A stretch of DNA of 64,000 nucleotides from positions 87,110,001-87,174,000 of the forward strand of contig OX597816.1 in the NCBI GenBank assembly GCA_951406725.2, in the 5' to 3' direction. The stretch is from Octopus vulgaris. Its lineage: Eukaryota. Positions 13,113 to 26,385 of the stretch are shown piece by piece (position 1 is the first letter of the stretch; the number at the start of each line of letters is the position of its first letter). Position numbers and translations under genes: made by a program. The notes under the pieces were generated by a model. That model saw only the letters and a list, made by a program, of their open reading frames with translations. It searched no databases and was not told the origin of the DNA.

Positions 13113-13790
13113 CGAGTATATATATATGTGTAGGTGACTGTGTATGTATGTATGTTGGTGTGTATTCGTACATAAGCACACGTTTTTTATTAGTACAGAT
13201 AACAAATCGGGTCATCGGCCTTAGTAGGCTCAGCCAGTCTCATAGATATGTACGGTTAATGTTCGTCTTTGACTTTTATGTGTGTGGTGGGAATACAGGA
13301 GTCATTCCGCTTAGCGTAGGACAGATTGGGAGTGGTTTGGTGGGATATCTGTAGAAGGAGCCACGGCAGAAATAATGAAGTCCGCGAGTTGAGAGGGTAG
13401 ATGTGCTTTAACAGATTGCTATTTCAGAGAAATGGGGATCTTTGCAGTAGAGATAAATGGGAAAGTGTGTAACAGCGCGTGTGTGGTAATGTGTAGTTTA
13501 TCCAATTGCCGAGCAGAATTGCTCAGGGTCGGTATTGCAGGGAAATTAACAGTCAAGTAAGTGGTCCAATATTTAACATAGTGAGGAAACATCCAATTTA
13601 TTAATATTTTTGTGGTGAGAAGAAAGCAAGCCCAGCGTTTCATATTGGCAATTACTGGTGACAATTCTCAACATGTTTCTGCCTTATTAGACTGCCCCTG
13701 TGAAACACAAACTTGTCTGTATTTACCAGATTAGTGATATGGTGATAAGAGAATCTCTACATTGGTATACAATAGTAAATTATAATATTA

Positions 13791-14179
13791 CGAGCAAAAC
13801 TCCCCCCCCCCTTCCGTCTAATGGACGGTACTGAGTTGTCAAACATTTAAACCAAATTTTCTCCAAACACCTTGTCAGACCGTCCCATAGGCCTCCCCTT
13901 TGAGAAAACCTGATTTAACCTAAATTTGAGACACCGACAGAAGAAGAAATAAAGATAGACTTTTTTTCTATTCCAAGAAAAATGATTTTAGAAATGCACG
14001 TTCCCGCGGTTTTATCGATCGCATTCTCACCTGGAAGCGAATTTTGTAATATTTTCAAGACTTAAACACGCCCTGATACTGTCGGTATCTACATGCTAAA
14101 TTTTAGTGCAATCGGATGGAGGATGCCCGAGATCCTAGAAGACACACACAGACAGACAAAACAGATTTTATATAATAGA
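13791..14179 (-). mobile_element. Non-autonomous Helitron, degenerate
   Basis: Minus-strand 5' end A|TCTATTATATAAAA. Near the other end, hairpin ccgtc-taatg-gacgg and a CTCG|T variant of CTAG|T. Same layout as 63317-63713. Confidence 0.6.
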
Positions 14180-14734
14180 TGATATAGCTACAATAATGTA
14201 CATGAACAAAGAATAAAAGTGTACGTTGGATAAGCTATCTTACAGAACACTAGAGAGACGGGTATTGGTGTTTGGTTTTTCTGTAACCATAAGTTTGCTC
14301 AGCTTGGGATGGCCCAGGGCTACAAAGTAATGACAGGAATGCAGAAGGAAAGCATATATGTAAATTGTATTGGAGTTGTTAAAAGAACATATGATGTGAT
14401 GACTTCGTTTAATGGGGGTTTCAAAGTACGTTTAATGGGGGTTTCAAAGTACCTGGTCATGTTAGCAGTGAATGTATGCTGTAATGTGACAGAGTTAAGT
14501 GTAAACCATGTCTTTGCGTATTTAAGTATGAATCTTGGCTTCCAATGACTCTGTCGTTGAGCGCTCAGTATAAATCTGGCACCGAAACTGAAAGGTTTCT
14601 CTCCAAAGTGTAGACTCAGGCACTTTTATTTTTATTTATTTTTATTTTTTTACTTTGAAAGAATCCTGCAGTTGCTCATATGCTTATACAGAGTGTCTTC
14701 CATTTCGTTCTCAAAGCCGCGAAATATGAATAAA

Positions 14735-15041
14735 GTAAAGGTCCTCTTCAGTCAATATATATCAGTGGGACTGCAGATAGAAAGTTCCCCTCCGGGGCAC
14801 AAGTCTGGGCAAGTCACCCATACATACCAGCCCTCACCGCCTCTCCACACCACCGAGGAAAGGTAAAGGCCGATACAGTTTAGCACCAGTGACGTTGCAA
14901 CTCACTTCTACAGCTGAGTGAACTGAGCAACGTGAAATAAAGTTTATTGTTCAAGAACACAACACACAGCTCGGTCCGGGAATCCAACTTACTACCTCAT
15001 GATTATGAGCCCGACGCTCTAACCAGTGAGCCATGCGCCTT
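14735..15041 (-). mobile_element. tRNA-SINE family C
   Basis: Homologous to 4420-4751. Confidence 0.8.
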
Positions 15042-15529
15042 CTCTACTCAGAAAATATAAAACCAGAATAAATAGCACAAGGTATTTTGGCCAATACTTT
15101 AACGAAACTACATGTATACCTGCGATTAATGTACAGAACTCTGAATTTGGGAACAACCAAAGCTTAGGGAGCAAAATCTAGAAAGTGGGTCGAAGAAAAC
15201 AAGTATATGGGAACTGCAATGGAGCAGTTTGACCGGAAATTTCCAGTCTCAAAGCTGAGAGACTTAACTTGGAAGTTCTCATGTCAGATGCAGTCAAATG
15301 CTGTATTGATGTCAAGGATAAGAGCATTACGTAACGCTATAATTATACAATCAAGTTTAGAAATGAACATTATTTTGTATTTTACTTTGTGATATACACC
15401 ATTTCAAACCACATATGCGTGTATGTGTGTACATATAAATATGCATATACACCAATGTATATAAATATATATGCACACACATACATACACACACGCATAT
15501 ATATGTACATATATATATATGTATGGGTA

Positions 15530-15719
<190 letters not shown>

Positions 15720-16652
15720 ACCATATGTACAATGTGTTTGCATGCAAGTATTTCCATGTATATACGAACACATATGTGTTTGTATGTATATTATAAGCAG
15801 GTATTTATCTAGTCAAACACATTTCTACAGGTACACTGTATATACACACCAGTTCTATTTATATTAATTGACGTACATTTCTATTATATATGTGTGTATG
15901 TATGTATGTATGCATGTATGTATTACGTATGTATATACATATGTATATATTATGTATGTAAAAACACACATTCATGCATTCAAATATTTATGCATGCATA
16001 CACACATTTACATATCTAAGCTCTTCTCTTTTTTTTTTCTTTTTAAAATTCTTTTTGATTACTTTAACTGAAAACTTTCACTGATAAAACTGCTAACCAG
16101 AAACAGAATATCCATTTGCAGTAAGATATGTTTCAGGAAACCTCTTTTACTTTTATTTCTATCTTACATTATATATTGATAGGAGAACTTCTGATTAGTA
16201 TTGCTCAAGCGGTAGCCAAATATAGGACCGAGCAGGTGTTTAGATATTTCCAGATAATATGTACATTACTGATGGGAAACAGTAAGCAGAATTTTCCAGA
16301 GACTTCTTTCTTCATTTATTCATTTATTTATCATATATTTATCTTCATAATAATTTTTATGCTTCTTCTTGTTGTGAAACTTCGATTTTCCCTGCTTTTT
16401 GTTTTCTTTTTTCTAAATTTATTGATTTATTTAAATAAGGTTTTAAAATAAGAAAAGATACTCGCATAACAAGTTTGTTAGTTGATATGTGTGCGTGTGT
16501 GTAATTTATTTCAATTGAATGATGAGAAGTTTGTGGTTTCGAAATACAAATATTAATAATAAAAAATTCTTTCTAGTTTTATACACAAGACCAGCAAAAC
16601 TGAAGAGGGGAGGTTAGTCGATAACATCGAGCCCAGTATTTGACTGGTACTA

Positions 16653-16875
16653 TACGAAGGGGTGCTGAAAAGTTCCTGGCTCTGCGAAAGGCTAGTTAGA
16701 GGCCCAACGTTCCGAGTTCTGTAGCAGCGCTTAGAAAACCTGAAGGACCACTGCAATAAGTGTGTGAATTTGAGAGAGGAATATGTTGAATAAAATCATG
16801 ATTAACTGATCGTTCTGTATTTGATTTTCTTTTTTCTGTTACCCAAAGCCAGGAATTTTTTAGCAACCCCTCCTA
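16653..16875. mobile_element. Mariner MITE nested in a degenerate SINE A
   Basis: Same TIRs as 5275-5497, opposite orientation. The host SINE continues on both sides. Confidence 0.85.
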
Positions 16876-17204
16876 TATTATCAGTCGCGAATGGACAAAA
16901 GCAAAGTTTACATCACCGGAATTTGAAGTCAAATGATACAAAGTTGTAATTAAATATCCCAGAGGAATTCTGTCTAACGATTCTAACTAATCTACCACCT
17001 TTAAGTAATTTTTTTAAAATTTAGACACACAACCAATAGATTTGAAGAGGTGTGGGCTAGTTGATATCGACATCAGTACATGACTGGTATTTCATTTTTC
17101 AACAGAGAACGCAAAGAATCAGAACCTATACCGCAAATAATTTTCTATGAAGCTCTAATGGATCGAACAATCCACCGACTTAAATATGAATATTATTAAT
17201 AATT

Positions 17205-17415
17205 TCTTTTGCTATAGGCACAAGGCCTAAATTTGTTGTGTAGGAAGCTAGTCGATTACATCGACTCCACTGCTCAGTTGGTATTTTATTGATCCTGAAA
17301 GGGATAAAAGGTGAAGTCGAACTTGAAGAAATTTAAACTCAAAATGTAAAGATGGAAGAAGTGCTGCTAAGCATTTTGTCCTGCGTACCAACGATTCTGC
17401 CAGCTTGACTACCTT
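17205..17415 (-). mobile_element. tRNA-SINE family A
   Basis: Consensus match. Confidence 0.85.
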
Positions 17416-17924
17416 TTCCCCCAAAGAACATATTGTTACTTTTATGCAAAAGTGTCGTAAGTTCAAAACGTTGCTTTTACAGAGAACGAAAAAATAGTTT
17501 CACTGTTCCATTTCATTTTACATTAGCAACAGTTTCAGCTAAGCAATAATACTTTGTTGGCTGCATAAAATCGTAACTCCATCCATGTATGATATTTTCA
17601 GTCAGAAATGCTTTTGCAAAATGTCGTATGTGGGTCTTACTACACTTTTGAAAAATGCTAAATCGTTGTACTACACTTTGGCAATTTTCATATCTTGGCA
17701 TCTGAAGTAGCTGGAGATACGATAGTTTGACCAAAAGAACTGGCTATTGCAAGCAAAATTATAAGTTGAAAAAAAAAACGTATTTGGCCAAATTTGCATA
17801 TACGATATTTTAACATAATAGAACGATATACATATTAATAATCATTTCTACCATAGACACAAGGTCTGAAATTTTGGTGGGTAAAATGCTACCTTATAAA
17901 TATTTTTTATAAATGTTTCCAACA

Positions 17925-18675
17925 GAGATCCAAAGTGCAGATTCTACAATGATAAGATTGAAACAGTGGATCACGTAATCTCTGGAGGCAAAGTTTTAGC
18001 ACCAGTAGAGTGCTAAATCGAGACAGGGGAGAGTTGGCCAATATCGACATTGCTTACTACATCGGCATTATAAAACCAAAACTGTTGAGAAATGATAGAA
18101 ACATCACCCTGAGTCTGTAACTGAGGGAGTAATTGTAACGATTATTTAAAAGTTTCTTGTACAAATAGACAGAATCATCAAAGCTAATAAATTGGATAAT
18201 TGCTGTAAAAGACCGAAACGATAGTTTTTTTTAATTATTAATTGACATGAGTATCCTTTGTGATCATAATAGTGCAGCAAGCTCAGAATCTGACAAGCTA
18301 AAATAATATAAAGGTTTATTCATTGAAATCAAAACAATGGAGCATTTCAACGCGATTACAATACCAGAGATTGCAAGAGCACTAAGAATGGTCAAAAAAG
18401 CAATTGAACATTATTTGAGAATGATCCATGGCCTAATATCCCTGCAAGAAGTGCAAAAAATTGTTTTAACTGGTACTTCACACGTATTGGGAAGAGCGTT
18501 GTCGTTGTCGATCGATGTAAATAATAATTTTTTTCTATAACTTTATTTGATTTTGTAAATAAGCAATCCGGTGTGTTTATTTTATTGGCGTATCAATGCA
18601 TGCAGTGAGTTTCTTCATCTTAGGTGTCGGGTAGGCACTCGGTAAGAAGAGGAAGCAAAAGTGAAGGAATAATAA
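17925..18675 (+). mobile_element. R4/Dong-like (restriction-like endonuclease) LINE 3' fragment
   Basis: PKCRFYNDKIETVDHVISG (CCHC remnant), VQIDRIIKAN, IIDMS, LQEVQKIVLTGTSHVLGRALS. The 3' UTR ends in aataataa. Confidence 0.75.
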
Positions 18676-18732
18676 CACTCTCTTTCAATTTCAGAAAATT
18701 TAGTTTTGCCATTGTGAATTGTACGCATATTT

Positions 18733-18810
<78 letters not shown>

Positions 18811-18811
18811 T

Positions 18812-18900
<89 letters not shown>
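18733..18900. repeat. (GATA)n microsatellite
   Basis: Directly visible. Confidence 0.95.
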
Positions 18901-18901
<1 letters not shown>

Positions 18902-19189
18902 AGTTTGTATGTATATGTTTTTGTTTGTCTTAGTTTTTTTTTTTGCATGTATGTTATATAACTGCAGAATTCTTGATTTCTTTCAAACAGAGATGTAAGC
19001 GTTTGAAACTAAATCATGCATTATATTCAAATGTTAAAAAAAAGTTTCTTTCTTGTAAAAAAAATAATAATCAAGGCTCCTAGCATTATTATTATTTTGT
19101 AACTTCTTTGTTGGTTTTTCTTTTCTTTTTCATTTTTTGCCTTCTTTCTATTTTTCATTATGCTGTCAGCTAAATTTTCAATAATACAA

Positions 19190-19460
19190 GCTCTAATTTG
19201 CTCCATTCTTTTTGAACTGCCATAAACACAATATACATGCTTCTAAGAGATATTGAATTTAGTTTTGCCTTAATGACGCTCCATAAATTTTCAATGCAGT
19301 TCAGACTGTTTCGGACAACCAAAACTCAATTACATGAATTTGAAGAAACATTTTTACTATCTTGGCAGTTGAGTGAATGCTTTTTTTTTTTTTTTTTCAT
19401 ATGACTATATTATGACCGTGAGTAAACTGTTTCATACAAAGGACAAGATACTTTTATAAC
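19190..19460 (-). mobile_element. Tc1-family transposase C-terminal remnant
   Basis: LNCIENLWSVIKAKL...VQKEWSKL resembles the Tc1 SPDLNPIENLW...EW motif. Confidence 0.65.
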
Positions 19461-20098
19461 ATTTCAATTCCTTCCTTATAATATCATGCAGTGACAATTC
19501 CATTAGTGAAGCATTTACACCACATTGTACGTCCAGTTTTTGTTTATATTTTTTCTCGAATCTAAGCAATATTTTATGAATTTTAATTAAGTTTTTCTCG
19601 TATTTTTTCTCGTACTAATATGAAGGTCATCTGGAATGAAGGAAGATTCCATTTGTTCAGCAAAGATAGCATTATGAAAGAAATTAGGAGTCCTTACTTA
19701 GATATTCTTCTTTCACCACAGCATCACCAGCAAGAAAATCTTCACTAAAGCATGATATTTCTTTTGGTAATATAGTCTACAATCTATCCCTCATCTCAAA
19801 ATTGCAACATAGACTTGTGTTTCGCACTGGTCACTACCAATTTTATGGTACTCTCCTACTAAATTTACTCTCTTATTTGTCACTCTTCAAATAAGAAAGT
19901 TCTATAATTTTCTACTACTTGTTTGACTTTAATTCTGGATCGAGGAATGGTTGAGTGATAAAGAATTTCCCTTTACAGCATGAGGTTTAAAGTTCGATCC
20001 CACAAAGTAACATCTGAGGCAAGTGCTTCTAATCATAGAGCAATTCCTTAGTCTGAAACAGTCTAGATGTTGTCGTCTGATTATATCTGTAATTCGAG

Positions 20099-20554
20099 TA
20101 TTCCAGCAGTTTAATCAACTGAACTGCCTACTCGTTTCACAAAACCTTGTACTCTTAGTGTAATTTACAGATATATTTATTTCTTTATTGCCCACAGGGG
20201 GCTAAACACAGAGGGAACAAACAAGGACAGACAAAGGGATTAAGTCTATTACATCGACCCCAGTGTGTAACTGGTACTTATTTAACCGACTCCGAAAGGA
20301 TGAAAGGCAAAGTCGACCTCGGCGGAATTTGAACTCAGAACGTAACGGCAGACGAAATACAGCAAAGCATTTCGCCCGGCGTGCTAACGTTTCTGCCAAC
20401 TCGCCGTGTCATCTATAGACATAACTCATGGAACAGAGAGGGATGTGACATGTCACATCCCACTCTGTTCCCTGGGCTATATCTATAGATTACACTAAGA
20501 GTACAAGGTTTTGTGAAACGAGTTGGCAGTTCAGTTGATTAAACTGCTGGAATA
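20099..20554. mobile_element. Palindromic fold-back element interrupted by a SINE A (20178-20406, minus strand)
   Basis: Arms 20099-20175 and 20478-20554. Central hairpin ggaacagagagggatgtgac-at-gtcacatcccactctgttcc. Confidence 0.85.
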
Positions 20555-20559
20555 TTCCT

Positions 20560-21900
20560 TATTTAAAATGACAGGGATCCGTCTCTTACTGATTTCACAC
20601 TGCACACATAACAAACTGCCTCCCTCTCTTAAGCTTTAACATTTCCTTTACCATTTACACTTGACTCGTAACTGCATAAATACATTCGCCAAGTCCAAAA
20701 TATCCTCTGATTAATCAAAACCCCGCGCATTTACTAGAACCACTCTTTCTTTTCATTTGAAAGAGACCTATCATCGTTTATAGACTCAGGCAGAAATATA
20801 TTTCATAGCAAGAAGAATAAGATCCCTGCCTCAGCTAATTGTTAACTATTTACCTTCACTATAATTCAGGCCGTCGTTAGCAGCCATTTTTAAGTCTCTC
20901 TACTCAATAACAACGTGTGTTGTTCCTCTGAATACGAAAGCTGCATTCTTTCCTTAGCCAGATTCCTCACAACTTATCTTTCATTCTCTCATCAACCCTG
21001 GTATTTCTTACCTCGTTGTTTCCACAATAATTAATTCCCCCATCGCTCTTTTTTATATACCATATACCTATTTCTTTACTACCCACAAGGAGCTAAACAC
21101 AGAGGGGACAAACAAGGACAGACAAACGGATTAAGTCGATTACATCGACCCCAGTGCGTAAATGGTACTTAATTCATCGACTCCGAAAGGATGAAAGGAA
21201 AAGTCGACCTCGGCGGAATTTGAACTCAGAACGTGGCGGCAGACGAAATACCTATTTCTTTATTACCCACAAGGGGCTAAACACAGAGGGAACAAGCAAG
21301 GAGAGACAAACGGATTAAGTCGATTGCATCGACTCCAGTGTGAAACTGGTACTTAATTCATCGACCCCGAAAGGATGAAAGGCAAAGTCGACCTCGGCGG
21401 AATTTGAACTCAGAACGTAGCGACAGACGAAATACCGCTAAGCATTTCGTCCGGCGTGCTAACGTTTCTGCCAGTTCGCCGCCTTTACCATTTACGCCTT
21501 CCTTAGGGACGTCGATGTACAATTTCAGCCGTTCAAATATTCAAAGCGAACATCATTCGCATTAGTCTCAAATTGGTAAAGGGCTGTAAACAGCTTGGAG
21601 AATGCTCTTCATCCACCTCCCCTTCATCAGTATCCTCATCTGCAGACTAACTAATTAAAAACAATCTCTCTCCTGTTATCTTCTTTGTTTTCGAAAAGTA
21701 GCCCTTGCGGTCACAAATTCCAATGAAAGTTCCGGAATCCTTTCAGGAATTTTCTGCTTCCGTATGAATATATTTTTAGGAAATATTGTTAGGAAATTCT
21801 TCGATACAGAAACGATGGTTTTCTCACGGCAAGTTTTTGGTGAGATTTCTCTTATCTCTTCAACTGCCGGGCACATTTCATTCGCTGATAAAGCTCTCTC
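20560..21900 (-). mobile_element. Highly decayed RT remnant, possibly PLE
   Basis: KEWF**MRGVLI, then a frameshift, then LANVFMQ (20665-20760) resembles the RT Q..G..MG...LANIFM motif; purine skew on the minus strand. Confidence 0.35.
21066..21485 (-). mobile_element. SINE A head-to-tail dimer (long-tail type)
   Basis: Full unit followed by a headless unit, joined at aaagaaata|ggtatttcgtc. Confidence 0.9.
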
Positions 21901-22839
21901 ATTATATCCAGGGATTATTCTAAACGAAAGGCCATAAAAGAAAAGAATTAGCCATGTTTTATTTTTCGGATATTCAGCTTTTTCTTATTTAAAGTGCTTA
22001 AAGCTTATGACCTTCCACGTAAGGTGAAAGAACCGTGTGCTCCTTAGAAAATACAAATATTCATTTTCACAAGTGAAACTTAAACAAACAGATACGTGAA
22101 TCATCTAATTACGTTAAGAGAAAATATTAAGAAAAACTTAATGAAAACAAAATAAAGAGCAAAATCGCTACAAATATCGAAAAGAAATCAGGATTGTGGT
22201 TGAAAATTGGAAATTAAGATGGGAAAAAAGTAATCCGCTTTTTATTTTTTTAATTCTCAACACAAAATGCAGTGATTACAGTAATTATATAATAACAGGG
22301 ATCCGTAGCTTGTTCGGTAATTTTTGCAATTTTAATCAAATTATTTCGCTATGAGATGTTTCATCGAGTTGTTTGAATGAGTGCACATACCGCACACGTT
22401 ATACATACATACATACATACATACATACATACATACACTATCTCCAAATAGTGTACATATGCGCATACACATGCAAAAATACCCAGTTGATATTCAAATT
22501 TCAGTGAATGAGCCTTTGATCTAGACTAGAAACTAGCTATTTCTCTGTTGGCAAGAAATCTTTAAATAAAACTGAATACTGACATACATACATGCACACA
22601 TACATACATACATACATACATACATACATACATACATACATACATACATACATACATACATACATACATACATACGTATGTATGTGCCTATATATTCTTG
22701 TATATATACGTGTATGTGTGTGTGCGTGTGTACATATGTATATACACATGTATATATATATATATAATATATACAGGCACCTGTAGGTGCGTGTATGGTC
22801 ATATGCATAAATTATTATTATCATTATTATTATTATTAT

Positions 22840-23065
22840 GAAGGTGGATAGCTGGAAGAATCGTTTGCACACCAGGTAAGATGCTTAGCGGCACTTTGTC
22901 CGTCTTTTCGTTCTGAGTTCAACTTCCACCGTGGTCGACTTTGTTTTTCATCATTTCGAGGTCGATAAATTAAGTACCAGTCATGTACTGGGGAGAGGGG
23001 GTCGATGTAATCGACTAGTTCCCTCCCCAAAGATTTCAGGCCATGTATCATTACTAGAAAAGATA
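22840..23065 (+). mobile_element. tRNA-SINE family A
   Basis: aaggtggatagctggaagaatcg...gttctgagttcaacttcc. Confidence 0.85.
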
Positions 23066-23779
23066 ATTATTGTTATCATTACTGAGTTCAAATGTCGTTG
23101 AGGTCAATGTAATCGATTTCTCCCTCCACGAAATAACTAGTCCATATACCTATAGTAAATACAATTGTTGTTGATGATGATGGTGCTGTTGTTGTTGTTG
23201 ATGATGATGATGATGATGATGCTTGCGTTACTGTTGCTGATGTTGTTAGTCAAGTAGTTGCAGTGATTCAGACCCTGCAGTTTCGTATTAATGCCTTTCT
23301 AGCAAGAAATAAAATGCTGACAGCCAGTCTATATTTCGCTCGCACTATCGAGCTTCCAAGTAAAATATCCAAAAATACTGTTGCAGATACAGTATATTCG
23401 AATGCAAAAAATATATACAACATTTAATATTTTTATTACTTATTTCTTTTCTGTGTGAGGGTGTGTGTATAAACACGCGATCAGAAAATATGTATTAACA
23501 CATGGGAAATTTACGCGTGTATGTATAGGATTCCACATATGAATATATAGTTTGAATCCATACCTGCAGAGAGGATGTATGTATACAAATCTTATTATGT
23601 GGTTTTCCTGTGGGTAATGGAGGAAAATGCTTACTGTATGCGTATTTCTGCTAGTGCATCTGTACGTGACTTAACAACTAGACGACGAGCCTTCTCAATG
23701 AACGTGTGTGTGTGTGTGTGTGCGTGTGTGTGTGTGTGCGTGTGTGTTTGTGTTTGTCTGTGTGTACGTATGTGTGTGT

Positions 23780-23882
23780 GTCATTAATTCATTATGATTT
23801 CAAGATTACTTGCCAATAGAAAAAGAGCCGGTTTCTAAACTAGGTCCAAGGCTCTTTCATCGGAATTTCAACATCAACAAAG

Positions 23883-23916
<34 letters not shown>

Positions 23917-26385
23917 TGTATGTATGTATGTATGTATGTCATTATTCAGTTTACTTCAAGATTTCTTGCCTATAGAGAAAGAACCGGTTTCAAACCGAGA
24001 TCCAAGGTTCCTTCACTGGAATTTCAACATCAACAACAGGGTATTTTTTTAATTTGTATGTATGTATGTATGTATGTATGTATGTATACATGTATATATA
24101 TGTACGTGCAGATTTGTATGTTTTATGTATGTATTCTCATGCATATAGTTGCATATCGATACATACTCATATATATTTAAATGATAAACTTCTGGAAAGT
24201 TTTACAGATTATTACAGTTCCAGTTATGGATTGGTTCTGTAGATACAGATACATACATATCTGACAAATGTTTGTCATTGTTCAGTTTTACTTCAAGATT
24301 TCTTGCCAACAGAGAAAGAGCCGGTTTCTAAACTAGATCTGATTCAAGGCTCCTTCATTGGAATTTCATACATGCATACATATATATATACATATATACA
24401 TATATACATGCATGCATAATACATAAATACATGCATACTTATATGTATGGATGTATGTATGTATGTATGTATGTATGTATGTATGTATGTATGTATGTAT
24501 GTATGTATGGTATGTTTCATGTATGATTTTCATGCATATACTTGCATATCTAGACATGCTCATATATATTTAAATGATAAACTTCTGGAAAGTTTTACAG
24601 ATTTTTACAATTTCAGTAATGACTTGGATCTGTAGTCTTTGAATCAGCCTAATTTCTCAAGATTGCTATTTAATCAGTGTATTACATATCCCAGTACCTT
24701 AATAATTACTGGCATAAACTTAAACTTGTAATCTGGATAGAGTAACTGCACATTTCCCAGTAGTTCAGCATTGGGTATTCTCTTTTTTGCAGATCGTCAC
24801 CTTCATGTAGGTATTCATGCATGTATAAATGCATGTATGTATGTATGTATGTATGTATGTATGTATGAATGCATGTACCTACGTATACATTTATTTATGT
24901 ATGATTGCATATATGTATGTATGGAAGTACGTGTATGCATGCATGCATATACGTATGTATGCTTGCATGTATGTATGTATCTATGTATATATGTCTGTAA
25001 GAATACATGTATAAATGCATGAATGAATGAATGTATGCATGCATATACGTATGTATGCTTGTATGTATGTATGTATCAATGTATATATGTCTGTAAGAAT
25101 ACATGCATGCCTGCATGTATGCGTATACGTAGATATGTAACTATGTACGTGCGTATGTATGTATGTATGCGTATGTATGCATGTATGTATGTCATTATTC
25201 AGTTTTATTTCAAGATTTCTTGCCAATAGTGAAAGAGCCGGTTTCTAGCCTAGATCCAATGTTCCTTCATTGGAATTTGAACAACGCCAACAGAGTATTT
25301 TTGTATGTTTCTTCTATTTTTTAATTATTATAAACCTTCCACTGAGACGGGAACCGGTTTCCAATAAAGATTCAAGGCTCCATTTTTAGGATGTAGTTAG
25401 CACAGACAAATTTACATTTGGAACTTGAGAAACGTTTTGGATATTTTTACTGTTCCAGGACAGTCTTTTTGCAGATGGCATTGTAAACTGTTTTAGCAAC
25501 AAGATTGTACCGCATAGAGAGGTAGTACCGTGACGAAATTTTAGAACAGCTGCTACTCATATGCATGATGTCTTCCACAGAAACATAACATAACCTACAC
25601 ATGCGGTTGCACCTTGAGATTACAAGAGTCTCACTGTATCTCTTGTTCACCAGATATTTTTTGTTAATATCCTGTTCCTGGACTACAAACGCATAGCCTT
25701 TAAAGAGTGATGTAGTTGTCTTGTATCCAAGATAGGCTGCGCTTCGTGTAGATTCTACTGTCTTCTTCAAGCTTCCGGTCAACATACCCATGCTTGTTTT
25801 TTTTTATGCTGAGTACTTTCTATCCAGATGTTCACTGAGTTAAGAGGGCTCATCTATTTTGGTGCTGTATCAGAAAGAGAGTGCTTCTTGAGGATCTAAC
25901 TGCCAACTCGTGCAATGTTGCTTACTTCACTTTTCAGCACTGCACTTGTATTTATATATTTATTCTGACTGCTGTTGTTTAGCACGTGCTGCCTGGTTGA
26001 TACCATATGGCTTCGAAGGCCGTCTACACTTATCTCAGGCCTCTACCACTTTCATTTCTTGTTAGGTACAGCCTGTCAACATCACAATTTCTGTAGAAGT
26101 TACAAGTTGCTGTCAGTATTTTGCAGATGGCATTGTAAATTGTTTTAGCGATGTATGTATGTATGTATGTATGTATGTATGTATGTATGTATGTATGTAT
26201 GTATGTATGTATCTATGTATGTATGTATGTACGTATGTATGTATGTATGTATGTATGTATGTATGTATGTGTGTTGTATGCATGTATGTATGTATGCATA
26301 TGTGCCGATTTGTATGTTTCGTTTTTTGTATGTATTCTCATGCATATATTTGCATGTCTAGACATGCTCATATATACTTAAATGA
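23780..26385 (-). mobile_element. Cluster of R4/Dong-like LINE fragments and repeated 3' ends embedded in (TATG)n
   Basis: NCDVDRLYLTRNESGRGL (~26040-26092), QEQDI...CRLC...HMSSSC (25447-25791), AELLGNVQLLYPDYKFKFMPVII...[11 protein letters not shown] (24570-24795). A ~110-bp terminal unit recurs at 23780, 23938, 24274 and 25191, and inverted at 22475-22585. Confidence 0.8.

Noticed and set aside
17520-17710. Cys-containing stretch (YFVGC...) suggesting a WSC-like exon
   Set aside because: In-frame stops and no consistent Cys spacing.
23780-25302. Repeat-spacer pattern superficially like a CRISPR array
   Set aside because: Units are ~110 bp, the spacers are (TATG)n, and they adjoin LINE coding remnants in eukaryotic DNA; no cas genes.
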